From IMG/VR virus record IMGVR_UViG_3300032163_000924: DNA of 20,000 nt; one strand, given 5' to 3'. Under the pieces are notes generated by a model. The model searched no databases and had not been told where the DNA came from. It was given only the letters and a program-made list of their open reading frames with translations. The position numbers and the translations under genes are program-made. Within the stretch, counting starts at the first letter, position 1, and the number at the start of each line of letters is the position of its first letter. This stretch comes from an uncultured virus (IMG/VR IMGVR_UViG_3300032163_000924) (Duplodnaviria; Heunggongvirae; Uroviricota; Caudoviricetes). This document shows, one piece after another, positions 1 to 7,993 of this stretch.

Positions 1-528
1 GACGAAATATTAACTACGGTAGTCGAAGAATATACCAAGATGGCTAAAAACGAAGTTCAAAAGGCATTTTTTCTTAATTTCGAATCAGAAGTTAAAAATC
101 TGCTTAATAATTATATAGATAATGTTGGTTGCTATTTGGATGATAAAGATGTGGTTAATGAATTTGGGGAACACCATGATCCTGACGAACATCTAATGCG
201 CGGAGTAGAAGAAAAAATTGGCGTAAGTGATGCGGCTAAGGGTAGTTTTAGGCAAGAGGTATATCGTAAGGTTATAAAGGGCAAAGCTGATAATGGACAA
301 TTTGATTATAAGTCTCATGTAAAGTTACGGGAAGCACTTGAGCGTCAGATGTTCGATGAGAGATCAGATATTATACGTTTAACAGTAAGCTCCAGAAATC
401 CAGATCCAGATGCTCTTATGAAATTGAATCAAGTTATAGAAACGCTTGTTAATCAATATGGTTACACTACTGATTCTGCCAATCAGCTTCTTCGTTATGT
501 CAATAGCCTTATGTCACGCACTACATGA
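1..528 (+). CDS. prkA: PrkA/YeaG family AAA+ protein (serine kinase annotation), C-terminal part; 5' end lies before the window
   Basis: Frame 1 is open from base 1 (DEILTTVVEEYTKMAKNEVQKAF...). Motifs EVQKAF, NYIDNV, PDEHLMRGVEEKIG, FDYKSHVKLREALE and YGY...SANQLLRYVNSLM match the PrkA C-terminal domain as I recall it from Bacillus PrkA. It lies upstream of yeaH and spoVR, the usual context. Confidence 0.92.
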   Translation, partial: DEILTTVVEEYTKMAKNEVQKAFFLNFESEVKNLLNNYIDNVGCYLDDKDVVNEFGEHHDPDEHLMRGVEEKIGVSDAAKGSFRQEVYRKVIKGKADNGQFDYKSHVKLREALERQMFDERSDIIRLTVSSRNPDPDALMKLNQVIETLVNQYGYTTDSANQLLRYVNSLMSRTT

Positions 529-758
529 AATTAGAAGAATTTGATGGATTAATATTTTATAATATTGGTGAGGATGAGCCAGTTGCAGTTTCTTTTGATC
601 AACATATGGGGTTTAGTTCATGGAAAAGCACATTAGTAATTCCTAAGATGAAAGTGAATGGCATTTATTTCGTGGAAAATGATACTCACTATTGGTTTAG
701 TGAAATGGATAGATTTAGGCAAGAATATTTATTGTATAAATTATCTGGATTAATATGA
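525..758 (+). CDS. hypothetical protein, 77 aa
   Basis: ATGA overlaps with both prkA (525-528) and yeaH (755-758). No recognisable motif. Confidence 0.6.
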   Translation: MKLEEFDGLIFYNIGEDEPVAVSFDQHMGFSSWKSTLVIPKMKVNGIYFVENDTHYWFSEMDRFRQEYLLYKLSGLI

Positions 759-1927
759 CTAATTTTATTGATTTTTGGTCGATGCGAAAAAGAGCAAAGC
801 GTGATGGTATCCGCCATTCTTTGCGCATCAAAAAAGCTATAAAAGAAAACCTAAAAGATTTGATTTCAGATTCAAATATAATATCTTCGGACGGAAATAA
901 GAAAATAAAGATTCCACTTAAATTTCTGGATAATTATAGATTCAAGCATCGAGAAGATAAAAATCAAGAAGATGTTGGTCAAAGTGATAAAGATCATAAT
1001 CCTGGAGATGCAATAGCTCACGATGGATCTGGTAGAAGAGGCTTAGGATCAGAGCCGGCAGATTCAGAAGGCGAAGAAATATACGAGGAAGAGATATCTA
1101 TAACTGAAATAATACAAATGATGCTTGAAGATTTAGATCTTCCATGGTTAGAGCAAAAAGATAGTGCTATAGAGGTAGAGACAGAAGATATAAGATTTAG
1201 TGATATATCTGAAGTTGGTCCACTTTCAAACGTAGATAAGAAGAAGACCATATTGGAAAATATAAAAAGAAACGCCAAAACAGGCGAGCCAGTAATTAAA
1301 AATATCAAACCAGAAGATTTACGTTATAAAGTTTGGGAATTGACAAAAGAATATCACTCTAATGCGGCAGTATACTTTTTAATGGATAGATCTGGAAGTA
1401 TGGATGAAGATAAGAAGTATATAGCTAAATCTTTTTTCTTCTGGTTAGCTCATTTTTGCAAGACTAAGTATAAAAATGTTGAAATTATATTTATAGCCCA
1501 TGATACTGTTGCCAAAATAGTTCCGGAAAAAAACTTTTTTACCATTTCAAATAGTGGTGGAACACTCTGCAGTTCAGCCTTTAAATTGGCACTAGAACAT
1601 ATTAATAACAATCATGACCCTAAAATTTTTAATAATTATGTTTTTTCATTTAGTGATGGTGATAATTGGAAGCAAGACAATGAAGAATGCATAAAAGTTG
1701 TAGAAAGATTACTAGAAGTATGTACTGCAGTGGGTTATGGAGAAATAAATCCGGATATATTTTCATCTTCTGGTGATAAGCAACCAAAATTATTATGGTC
1801 TTCACTGCATCAAGATTTTACCAAGAGTATAATACATAATAGATTTATGACGGCAGCGATATCGAAGAAAGAAGATATTTATTCTTGTCTTAAACAATTT
1901 TTGGGCATTAATAGCGAGAATGTATGA
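755..1927 (+). CDS. yeaH: YeaH/YhbH (DUF444) family vWA-domain protein
   Basis: N-terminal RH..RIKKAIKENLKDLI...IKIP block, Gly/acidic linker, EDLDLPWL, EDLRYK, MIDAS-type MDRSGSM, FIAHDT, SGGTLCSSA and FSDGDNW. Sits between prkA and spoVR. Confidence 0.93.
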   Translation: MTNFIDFWSMRKRAKRDGIRHSLRIKKAIKENLKDLISDSNIISSDGNKKIKIPLKFLDNYRFKHREDKNQEDVGQSDKDHNPGDAIAHDGSGRRGLGSEPADSEGEEIYEEEISITEIIQMMLEDLDLPWLEQKDSAIEVETEDIRFSDISEVGPLSNVDKKKTILENIKRNAKTGEPVIKNIKPEDLRYKVWELTKEYHSNAAVYFLMDRSGSMDEDKKYIAKSFFFWLAHFCKTKYKNVEIIFIAHDTVAKIVPEKNFFTISNSGGTLCSSAFKLALEHINNNHDPKIFNNYVFSFSDGDNWKQDNEECIKVVERLLEVCTAVGYGEINPDIFSSSGDKQPKLLWSSLHQDFTKSIIHNRFMTAAISKKEDIYSCLKQFLGINSENV

Positions 1928-2601
1928 GGGATGTCATTGGAATAAAATTTAACAAACTTTTGGTATTAGAATTTTCTCATTCAGATAAGAATGGAAGATA
2001 CTGGAGGTGTATGTGTGATTGCGGAAAATTAAATACTGTTGCAACAAAAAATCTTACATCTGGACAGGTCAAGTCATGCGGGTGCATTAAGAATCAAATT
2101 ATGAACATAACTGGCAAAAAATTTGGAAACCTTTTAGTTATTGATTTTGCATATAAAAAAGATTCAAGATCATATTGGAATTGTATATGTGATTGTGGTA
2201 ACTCAAAAATAATTTGCGGAAACACGATTACTAGCGGCCTAGTGAAATCTTGTGGTTGTCTAAAATTAAAAAAATTAAATGATATATCTGGTATAAAATT
2301 TGGTAAGTTAGAAGCAATTTCATATTTTGGTCCAAGTAAATCTGGGGCAAAGTGGAGCTGCATTTGTGAGTGTGGCAAAACCCAAGTTGTTTCTGGAAAT
2401 TCTTTAAGAAGTGGCGAAACTAAATCTTGTGGCTGTAGTAGAAGGAATAATATGATCGGAAGAAAAATAGGTTCCCTCTCGGTTATAAAATTTTGTGATA
2501 ATATTAAGGATTCTAGCTGGGAATGTAAGTGTGATTGCGGAAATATTACTATAGTAAAAACAGAAAATTTAATATCAGAAACAACAAAATCATGCGGATG
2601 T
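1924..2601 (+). repeat. four tandem protein-level Cys-rich repeats of 55-59 aa
   Basis: KSCGC ends at residues 54, 112, 171 and 226; every unit contains WxCxC[DE]CG. Confidence 0.9.
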
Positions 2602-3009
2602 ATGAAGGAATACTATAGAAAAATAACAAATAATAAAAAATATGGAAAGGATTATCCAATGCAAACATTAGAAATAGCATTGAAGGTCGCAAAATCATCA
2701 AATAATTCTATAATACTTGTACACTGGAAAACTAATGAAGAATTAGTTTGCCAAGCATCTTATGAAAAAGCAGTTGTTGAATATCTAAATATCAATAAAA
2801 TAAACTTTCGCTGGCAGTCAAAAACTTTTATGATGCCAAATGGGAAAACTTATCGACCTGATTTATATTTGTTCTCCTCCAAAAAATGGATCGAAATAAA
2901 GGGCTATTTTAGAAAAGATGCGCAAGAAAAGTGGGATTGGTTTCATAAAGAATACCCAAATTCAGAATTATGGAATAAAACTAAGCTTGAAGAAATTGGA
3001 ATATTATAG
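1924..3009 (+). CDS. free-standing putative homing endonuclease: four Cys-rich repeats plus C-terminal PD-(D/E)xK nuclease
   Basis: Four units of G-x-K-[FI]...W-x-C-x-C-[DE]-C-G...K-S-C-G-C, then SYEK...YRPDLY...WIEIKG. ATGA overlap with the yeaH stop. Confidence 0.8.
   Translation: MRDVIGIKFNKLLVLEFSHSDKNGRYWRCMCDCGKLNTVATKNLTSGQVKSCGCIKNQIMNITGKKFGNLLVIDFAYKKDSRSYWNCICDCGNSKIICGNTITSGLVKSCGCLKLKKLNDISGIKFGKLEAISYFGPSKSGAKWSCICECGKTQVVSGNSLRSGETKSCGCSRRNNMIGRKIGSLSVIKFCDNIKDSSWECKCDCGNITIVKTENLISETTKSCGCMKEYYRKITNNKKYGKDYPMQTLEIALKVAKSSNNSIILVHWKTNEELVCQASYEKAVVEYLNINKINFRWQSKTFMMPNGKTYRPDLYLFSSKKWIEIKGYFRKDAQEKWDWFHKEYPNSELWNKTKLEEIGIL
2722..2973 (+). repeat. dispersed repeat copy 1 (nuclease domain), paralogous to 14403-14654
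   Basis: Hand alignment without gaps: 74/84 aa and about 209/252 nt identical. Both copies contain the exact 26-mer tatttgttctcctccaaaaaatggat. Confidence 0.95.
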
Positions 3010-3012
3010 CCA

Positions 3013-3396
3013 ATGACTGAACGAGAATTAGCACAATCAATAATTCTACTAACAAATTATATAAACAAAAGTGTCGAGACCATAAAGGAATCGGCACCAA
3101 AATTTTTATTAAAAAGGTATTCTTTCTGCAACATAGAATACTTAGACACATTCTTGTCTATAATAGATAATGGTGTATCAAGTCTTGCAGAAAGTGTAAT
3201 ATATGTGTATACAAACTATTTCGACAAGCAGACTCTCGAAATTATATATTTATCATCACTATTAGGAGAACCTATTGCAATGAATGCTGATTTCTATGAA
3301 AACTTGGAAAAGGCTAAAGATGAGTGGTTTTCAGATATTGTTATGGTAATGGACGAAATATTACATAATGTAGGCTCAGGAGATTTTACCAATTGA
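3013..3396 (+). CDS. hypothetical protein, 127 aa
   Basis: ORF fills the gap between the endonuclease and spoVR on the same strand. No recognisable motif. Confidence 0.6.
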   Translation: MTERELAQSIILLTNYINKSVETIKESAPKFLLKRYSFCNIEYLDTFLSIIDNGVSSLAESVIYVYTNYFDKQTLEIIYLSSLLGEPIAMNADFYENLEKAKDEWFSDIVMVMDEILHNVGSGDFTN

Positions 3397-3433
3397 GTAT
3401 CTATAAAAATAAATTAATTAAGATAAGGATTAT

Positions 3434-5938
3434 ATGAGTCAGGATAATGTACTTCAACAAATAAAAGATATAGAGCAGTTAGCCAAAAATAGTGGTTTGG
3501 ATTTTATTCCAGTTATATTTGAGTTTGTTAATAGAGATATAATGTTGGAGGCCTGCACCTATGGGTTACCAACCAGATCTCGACATTGGTCATATGGGAG
3601 ATCTTATCAACACCAAAAAGTATATGGAGAGATGGGCCTATCAAAAGTATATGAAATAGTATTTAATAATAACCCATCCTACGCTTTTCTTTTAGATACT
3701 AATGCTGATATAATAAATGTTATGGTTGGCGCCCACGTATTTGGGCATTGCATTAAATATGATCAACTGATAGATACTTTATGCGGACCAAAACAAATTT
3801 CTAGTATTCAGCCAGGAGATATGGTTCTAACACATAATGGAATTTTTAAAAATGTTTTGGAGGCAAAAGAGACTAAAAAGGCAAATGAAATATATTCTAT
3901 AAAAACATATGGATATCCGGCAACTGAATGCACTGCTGATCATAAATTTTATGCAAGAAGGGGTGGAAAAAATATTTGGATAGAAGCAAGGAATTTAATG
4001 AGCACAGACTTGATTGCTATCCCAAGAATTAAGCCATTAAATAATATAAATAATATAAATGTGCCGATAAATATATCCAGAACTACATCACTGGCAAAAA
4101 AAGCATTAAAAGATATTGGGTATAATTTTGAATTAGACTATGATTTCGGCCGAATTATTGGATTATATTTGGCAGAAGGAAGTATCTCTGTAAATAGATT
4201 TTCATTTGCCTTTAGTAATCACGAGCAAAATTATGCTGATTTTGTAAAATCTTATTTTGATAAATATAATATAACAACGAAAATCAAACTTCGTTCGAAA
4301 CAACATTGTATTGAAGTTCAATGTTTTGATAAATCCTTGGCTGTATGGTTTGATGATACCTTTGGTCATGGTTGTAATAATAAATCAATCCCAGAATACT
4401 TAATAAATGGGGCTAATTTAGAATTTTATGAAGGTCTATTGAGAGGATACTTAGATGGAGATGGCTGGGTCGAAGATAAATATACATCTGCCTCGGCATC
4501 TACTACAAGTATAAAACTGGCGTATCAGATAAAAAATTTATGCGCTATGTTCGGAATTAAGGCCGGAATAAGCCCAAGGCATAGAAGTGGTAGAAAAAAA
4601 TCTTATGATATTATTATTTCTGGGGAAAATTATGATCTTGTTTTGAAAATATGTAAGATTAATAGAACAAATATTCCAAAAAGAAGATGGTTATTTAACG
4701 AAATAGATAATGATTTCATCTATAATAGAATAAAGAAGATAAGTATTACAAAATCCCGTAATATATCAATGTGGGATTTAATGATTGAAGATGATCGCAG
4801 CTTTGTATTATCGAATGGAATGACAGCACATAATTGTCATTTTTTTAAAAATAATATAATGTTCAAAGACTCTGATCGTAATATGATTTATAAAGCTGCC
4901 GAACGAGCAACAAGAGTGGATACCTACATATCTCAATACGGTATCGAAAAGGTAGAGCATTTGATGGATATAGGCTTCGCTATTGATAATCATATTGATT
5001 GGTATAAGGGAATATATAGACACAAATATCCACCAAAAACTACAATAGAAGAAAAAAATAATATTGATGAATTTGAAGATCTACTAAATACTAATGTTAA
5101 TAGGAGAAGCATGAGATCGCGAGTGATTGGAGCAAAATTTCCTCCACATCCAGAGAAAGATTTGTTATGGTTTTTAATTAATTATGCGCCTTTAGAAGAT
5201 TGGGAAAAAGATGTGCTCAATATCATTAGAGAGGAGTCGTATTATTTCTACCCAATAGTTATGACTAAGGTCATGAACGAGGGTTGGGCCTCATTTTGGC
5301 ACGCAGAATTGATGTTTAAATATACTGGAACTAACGAAGAAGATCATTTAAATTTTTGTAAGTGCCACGCTGGAGTAGTTAATCCTGGCAATAAATTTAA
5401 TATAAATCCTTATTATTTGGGTTTTAAAATATTTACCGATATAAGACGCAAGTGGGATAGTATGTATGCCGCAGGACTTTCAAATATCAATGGTATACAA
5501 AAAATTACCCAGGTTGCGGCCGAGGAAGATGATGCGTCCTTTTTAAGGAATTATTTAACATCAGAATTAGTAAATGAGATGGGGCTATTTAATTATGGAT
5601 ACAGAATAAAAAGAAAGCCAACCGATAAAGAAGAGGATCTGACGGATAATCATGGTATTATTGAATTAAAAGACAGAGATATGGATAAATTAATTGAGCA
5701 CATAATAAGGCCTACGCTTAATTATGGTGCGCCAGTAATAAATATAATAGAAGTGGATGGTGATACATTAATGTTGGAACACTCAAATAACGATGATATT
5801 TTGGATGATAAATATACAGAAAAAACTATGGAATATTTATTTGAGTTGTGGAGTGGACCAATAGAGTTAAAAACGCATAACAGTATAAACGAATTAGTAA
5901 CTTATTGTTTTGATGAAAGTGGTTTTGATCTTTTATAG
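3434..5938 (+). CDS. spoVR: SpoVR/YcgB family protein containing an intein (834 aa precursor, about 472 aa spliced)
   Basis: GLDF, YGLPTRSRHWSYG, GLSKVYEIVFNNNPSYAFLLDTN, AHVFGH|intein|CHFFKNN, PEKDLLWF, LEDWEKDVLNIIREESYYFYP, TKVMNEGWASFWH, NPYYLGFKIF and FLRNYLT are SpoVR hallmarks. AAGGA RBS upstream. Confidence 0.95.
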   Translation: MSQDNVLQQIKDIEQLAKNSGLDFIPVIFEFVNRDIMLEACTYGLPTRSRHWSYGRSYQHQKVYGEMGLSKVYEIVFNNNPSYAFLLDTNADIINVMVGAHVFGHCIKYDQLIDTLCGPKQISSIQPGDMVLTHNGIFKNVLEAKETKKANEIYSIKTYGYPATECTADHKFYARRGGKNIWIEARNLMSTDLIAIPRIKPLNNINNINVPINISRTTSLAKKALKDIGYNFELDYDFGRIIGLYLAEGSISVNRFSFAFSNHEQNYADFVKSYFDKYNITTKIKLRSKQHCIEVQCFDKSLAVWFDDTFGHGCNNKSIPEYLINGANLEFYEGLLRGYLDGDGWVEDKYTSASASTTSIKLAYQIKNLCAMFGIKAGISPRHRSGRKKSYDIIISGENYDLVLKICKINRTNIPKRRWLFNEIDNDFIYNRIKKISITKSRNISMWDLMIEDDRSFVLSNGMTAHNCHFFKNNIMFKDSDRNMIYKAAERATRVDTYISQYGIEKVEHLMDIGFAIDNHIDWYKGIYRHKYPPKTTIEEKNNIDEFEDLLNTNVNRRSMRSRVIGAKFPPHPEKDLLWFLINYAPLEDWEKDVLNIIREESYYFYPIVMTKVMNEGWASFWHAELMFKYTGTNEEDHLNFCKCHAGVVNPGNKFNINPYYLGFKIFTDIRRKWDSMYAAGLSNINGIQKITQVAAEEDDASFLRNYLTSELVNEMGLFNYGYRIKRKPTDKEEDLTDNHGIIELKDRDMDKLIEHIIRPTLNYGAPVINIIEVDGDTLMLEHSNNDDILDDKYTEKTMEYLFELWSGPIELKTHNSINELVTYCFDESGFDLL
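3749..4834 (+). mobile_element. intein with LAGLIDADG homing endonuclease (362 aa, precursor residues 106-467)
   Basis: Begins with Cys (CIKYDQLIDT), has block B CTADHKF, two LAGLIDADG helices (IIGLYLAEGS, LLRGYLDGDG) and block F/G MWDLMIEDDRSFVLSNGMTAHN. The +1 residue is Cys, and removal restores AHVFGHCHFFKNN. Confidence 0.95.
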
Positions 5939-5950
5939 ATAGGAGCTTGT

Positions 5951-6118
5951 ATGAAAATCTGGAAAAAAGCTAGACTTTCAAATAGTAAAGATCCACGATA
6001 TAGCATTGATATAAAAGAATTAAAATTACGATTGGAATCTATCGCTAAAGAGGGTAATATAGAGGTAGTGCAACTTGCTATCGAATCGTTATTGGAAGAG
6101 ATAAATGAACAGAAATAA
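5951..6118 (+). CDS. small hypothetical protein, 55 aa (not in ORF track)
   Basis: AGGAG at 5941-5945, ATG at 5951, TAA at 6116-6118. Translation MKIWKKARLSNSKDPRYSIDIKELKLRLESIAKEGNIEVVQLAIESLLEEINEQK fills the gap between spoVR and the SLOG gene. Confidence 0.7.
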   Translation: MKIWKKARLSNSKDPRYSIDIKELKLRLESIAKEGNIEVVQLAIESLLEEINEQK

Positions 6119-6130
6119 AGAAGGTAAAAT

Positions 6131-6673
6131 ATGTATAAAGTTGGTATTATAGGACATAGCCCAGACAATTTTATTAACCAAGAGTTATCTATAAAATCAG
6201 TAGAAGACACTATAGATTTAATACATCATCAATATGGTAAGGTAAATTATACTACAAATATAGAAGGGCAACCCGAAAGTTTAAATAATGGACTCACAAT
6301 AAATATACCTGGAGAGATAGGTACGGGTTTGTGGGCAGGACAGGTATGTTTTTCTAAGCATATTAAGTATCATCTTTTTCTTCCATTTTTATTAGAAATG
6401 ACCTCAGAATCTTGGTACGAGAAACAAAAGCAACAATTATATATTTTATATGGTGCAGCGAATTCAGTTAGTGTGCAATCCATTATTTTTGATAAAACTT
6501 TATTGGAGTTTGCATACTTACCTATCATAGATGATTCAAATTTTACCGTAGCTTTTTGGGAAGGCAGGAGGCAAGGTAGAACGTACAATGCCATTAAGTA
6601 TGCGCTAAAAAATAACAAAGTAGTCTTAAATGGTACGCAGAATTTGAGATTAATAATTAACAGAGATATTTAA
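6131..6673 (+). CDS. YspA-like SLOG superfamily protein
   Basis: VGIIGHSP (cf. TGHRP), GEIGTGLWA (cf. G..G.D.WA), HLFLPF and DDSNFTVAFWEG..QGRTYNAIKYA (cf. SD...AVWDG..GGT...I.YA). Confidence 0.7.
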   Translation: MYKVGIIGHSPDNFINQELSIKSVEDTIDLIHHQYGKVNYTTNIEGQPESLNNGLTINIPGEIGTGLWAGQVCFSKHIKYHLFLPFLLEMTSESWYEKQKQQLYILYGAANSVSVQSIIFDKTLLEFAYLPIIDDSNFTVAFWEGRRQGRTYNAIKYALKNNKVVLNGTQNLRLIINRDI

Positions 6674-6674
6674 A

Positions 6675-7280
6675 ATGGAAGATAGTCAGAAACCAGCAGT
6701 AGATTTTAGTATGCAATTTAATTTTGCAAAAAATCACGAAAAAATAGAGCAATATATAATTGAATCTCTCAAAGTAATAGCCAAAGAAATAGATAATGGC
6801 AAAGAAAGTGCTATAGGCTCTATAATAGTTTTGGGAGATTTTGAAAAATTTGGACCTATTGTAGAGGGTATGGTACAAATGAAGCCAAAACAAAACCCAG
6901 TAGAAAATTTATTAGTATTCGATGAAACTCAAAATTGTGTTGCACATATTAAAGAATTTTCTAAAACACCATTCGATGGTGCAATCGTTGTAAATAGAAC
7001 CGGACAAATAATAGGTGCCGGAGTGTATTTAGTTGTTTCTGATCCACTACTTGATACTCCAGATGATTGTGGAACCAGACATAAAGCTGCGGCAAGTTTT
7101 TCTAAAAGAACAGATATAATTTCTGTGCTTACTTTGAGCGAAGAAACAAATATTATAAGAGTGTGGCAACATGGTAAAATAAAAATAATGATCAAAACAA
7201 TAGATGAGGAAGAGGAGAAAAAAATTAACCAAAAAAGAAAAAATAATAAAAATACAATTACGAAGGAGAATGAAGAATGA
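6675..7280 (+). CDS. stand-alone diadenylate cyclase (DAC/DisA_N domain)
   Basis: GSIIVLGD, catalytic FDGAIVV, GAGVYL, GTRHKAAA (RHR motif with K) and LSEE..I...G. Charged low-complexity C-terminal tail; no TM or regulatory domain visible. Confidence 0.88.
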   Translation: MEDSQKPAVDFSMQFNFAKNHEKIEQYIIESLKVIAKEIDNGKESAIGSIIVLGDFEKFGPIVEGMVQMKPKQNPVENLLVFDETQNCVAHIKEFSKTPFDGAIVVNRTGQIIGAGVYLVVSDPLLDTPDDCGTRHKAAASFSKRTDIISVLTLSEETNIIRVWQHGKIKIMIKTIDEEEEKKINQKRKNNKNTITKENEE

Positions 7281-7921
7281 TTCAGACGATATCAAACGCT
7301 GAAGTCATTAAATTGTTCAAACAGGTAGATGATATAAAAGCCGAAAAAAATATACCAGAAAAAATAAAAAAATATCAAATAGAAAAATTACACAACAAAA
7401 TTATAAAAGAATTATCATTTTTAGTTCATAACACTGCCAAATATTACAAAAAATTTCCAAATCATGAAGATTTGTCACAGGAAGGATTTATAGGGTTGAT
7501 AAAAGCTGTGCGAAGATTTGATTATACAAGATTTCCAAACTTTTTTATATATGCTGAGCAATGGATCAGACATAGAGTTAAATATGCTGCTAGTAAATTT
7601 GATATTTTATATAACCCAAATCGCATTCGTGTAGTGTATATAGGAGATATGGAAGAGCCTATGGATGAGGATCTTGACGTGACACCAGAAGATATTTTTT
7701 CTGAAACAGAAAAGAAAAAATGTATTAATAATGCATTGAATGATTTTTCAGATAGAGATAGAGAAATTGTGAAGCGGATTTTCGGTTTAGATGATTGCAT
7801 GCCACAAACTTTGAGAGAAATAGGTCCAGATTTTAATATAACATACGAAAGAGTTCGTCAAATCAAAGATAATGTTATTTCCAAATTAAAGAAAAACCAA
7901 CAAATTAATGAATTACGCTAA
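7277..7921 (+). CDS. compact sigma-70 family RNA polymerase sigma factor
   Basis: Region 2 EDLSQEGFIGLIKAVRRFD...F..YAEQWIR and region 4 DREIVKRIFGL...TLREIG..FNITYERVRQI...KLK. GGAG RBS and ATGA overlap with the DAC gene. Confidence 0.92.
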   Translation: MIQTISNAEVIKLFKQVDDIKAEKNIPEKIKKYQIEKLHNKIIKELSFLVHNTAKYYKKFPNHEDLSQEGFIGLIKAVRRFDYTRFPNFFIYAEQWIRHRVKYAASKFDILYNPNRIRVVYIGDMEEPMDEDLDVTPEDIFSETEKKKCINNALNDFSDRDREIVKRIFGLDDCMPQTLREIGPDFNITYERVRQIKDNVISKLKKNQQINELR

Positions 7922-7945
7922 TTATAGAAAATATGTTTTTGCGAC

Positions 7946-7974
7946 GCGACATATTTTGCTTTGGAGTGTATCAT
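7946..7974 (+). promoter_or_regulatory. possible sigma-70-type promoter for nrdJ
   Basis: GCGACA (7946-7951), 17-nt spacer, TATCAT (7969-7974), followed by the AAGGAG RBS. Overlaps a 9-bp inverted repeat (7928-7936 / 7949-7957). Confidence 0.3.
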
Positions 7975-7993
7975 TTTCTTAAAGGAGATATAA

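Noticed and set aside
4040..4060. Short tandem repeat aataatata-aataatata-aat inside the SpoVR intein
   Set aside because: About two copies of an AT-only 9-mer encoding NNINNIN, which is expected by chance in AT-rich DNA.
3007..5953. TAG stops at 3007-3009 and 5936-5938 are each in frame with the next ATG, hinting at TAG recoding or readthrough fusions
   Set aside because: Long conserved genes contain no internal TAG. SpoVR and the nuclease end where their homologue or paralogue ends, and the ORF at 5951 has its own RBS. The standard code fits.
7946..7961. Possible NrdR box upstream of nrdJ
   Set aside because: Only the central ATATTTTG resembles the consensus. The conserved flanks are missing and there is no clear second box.
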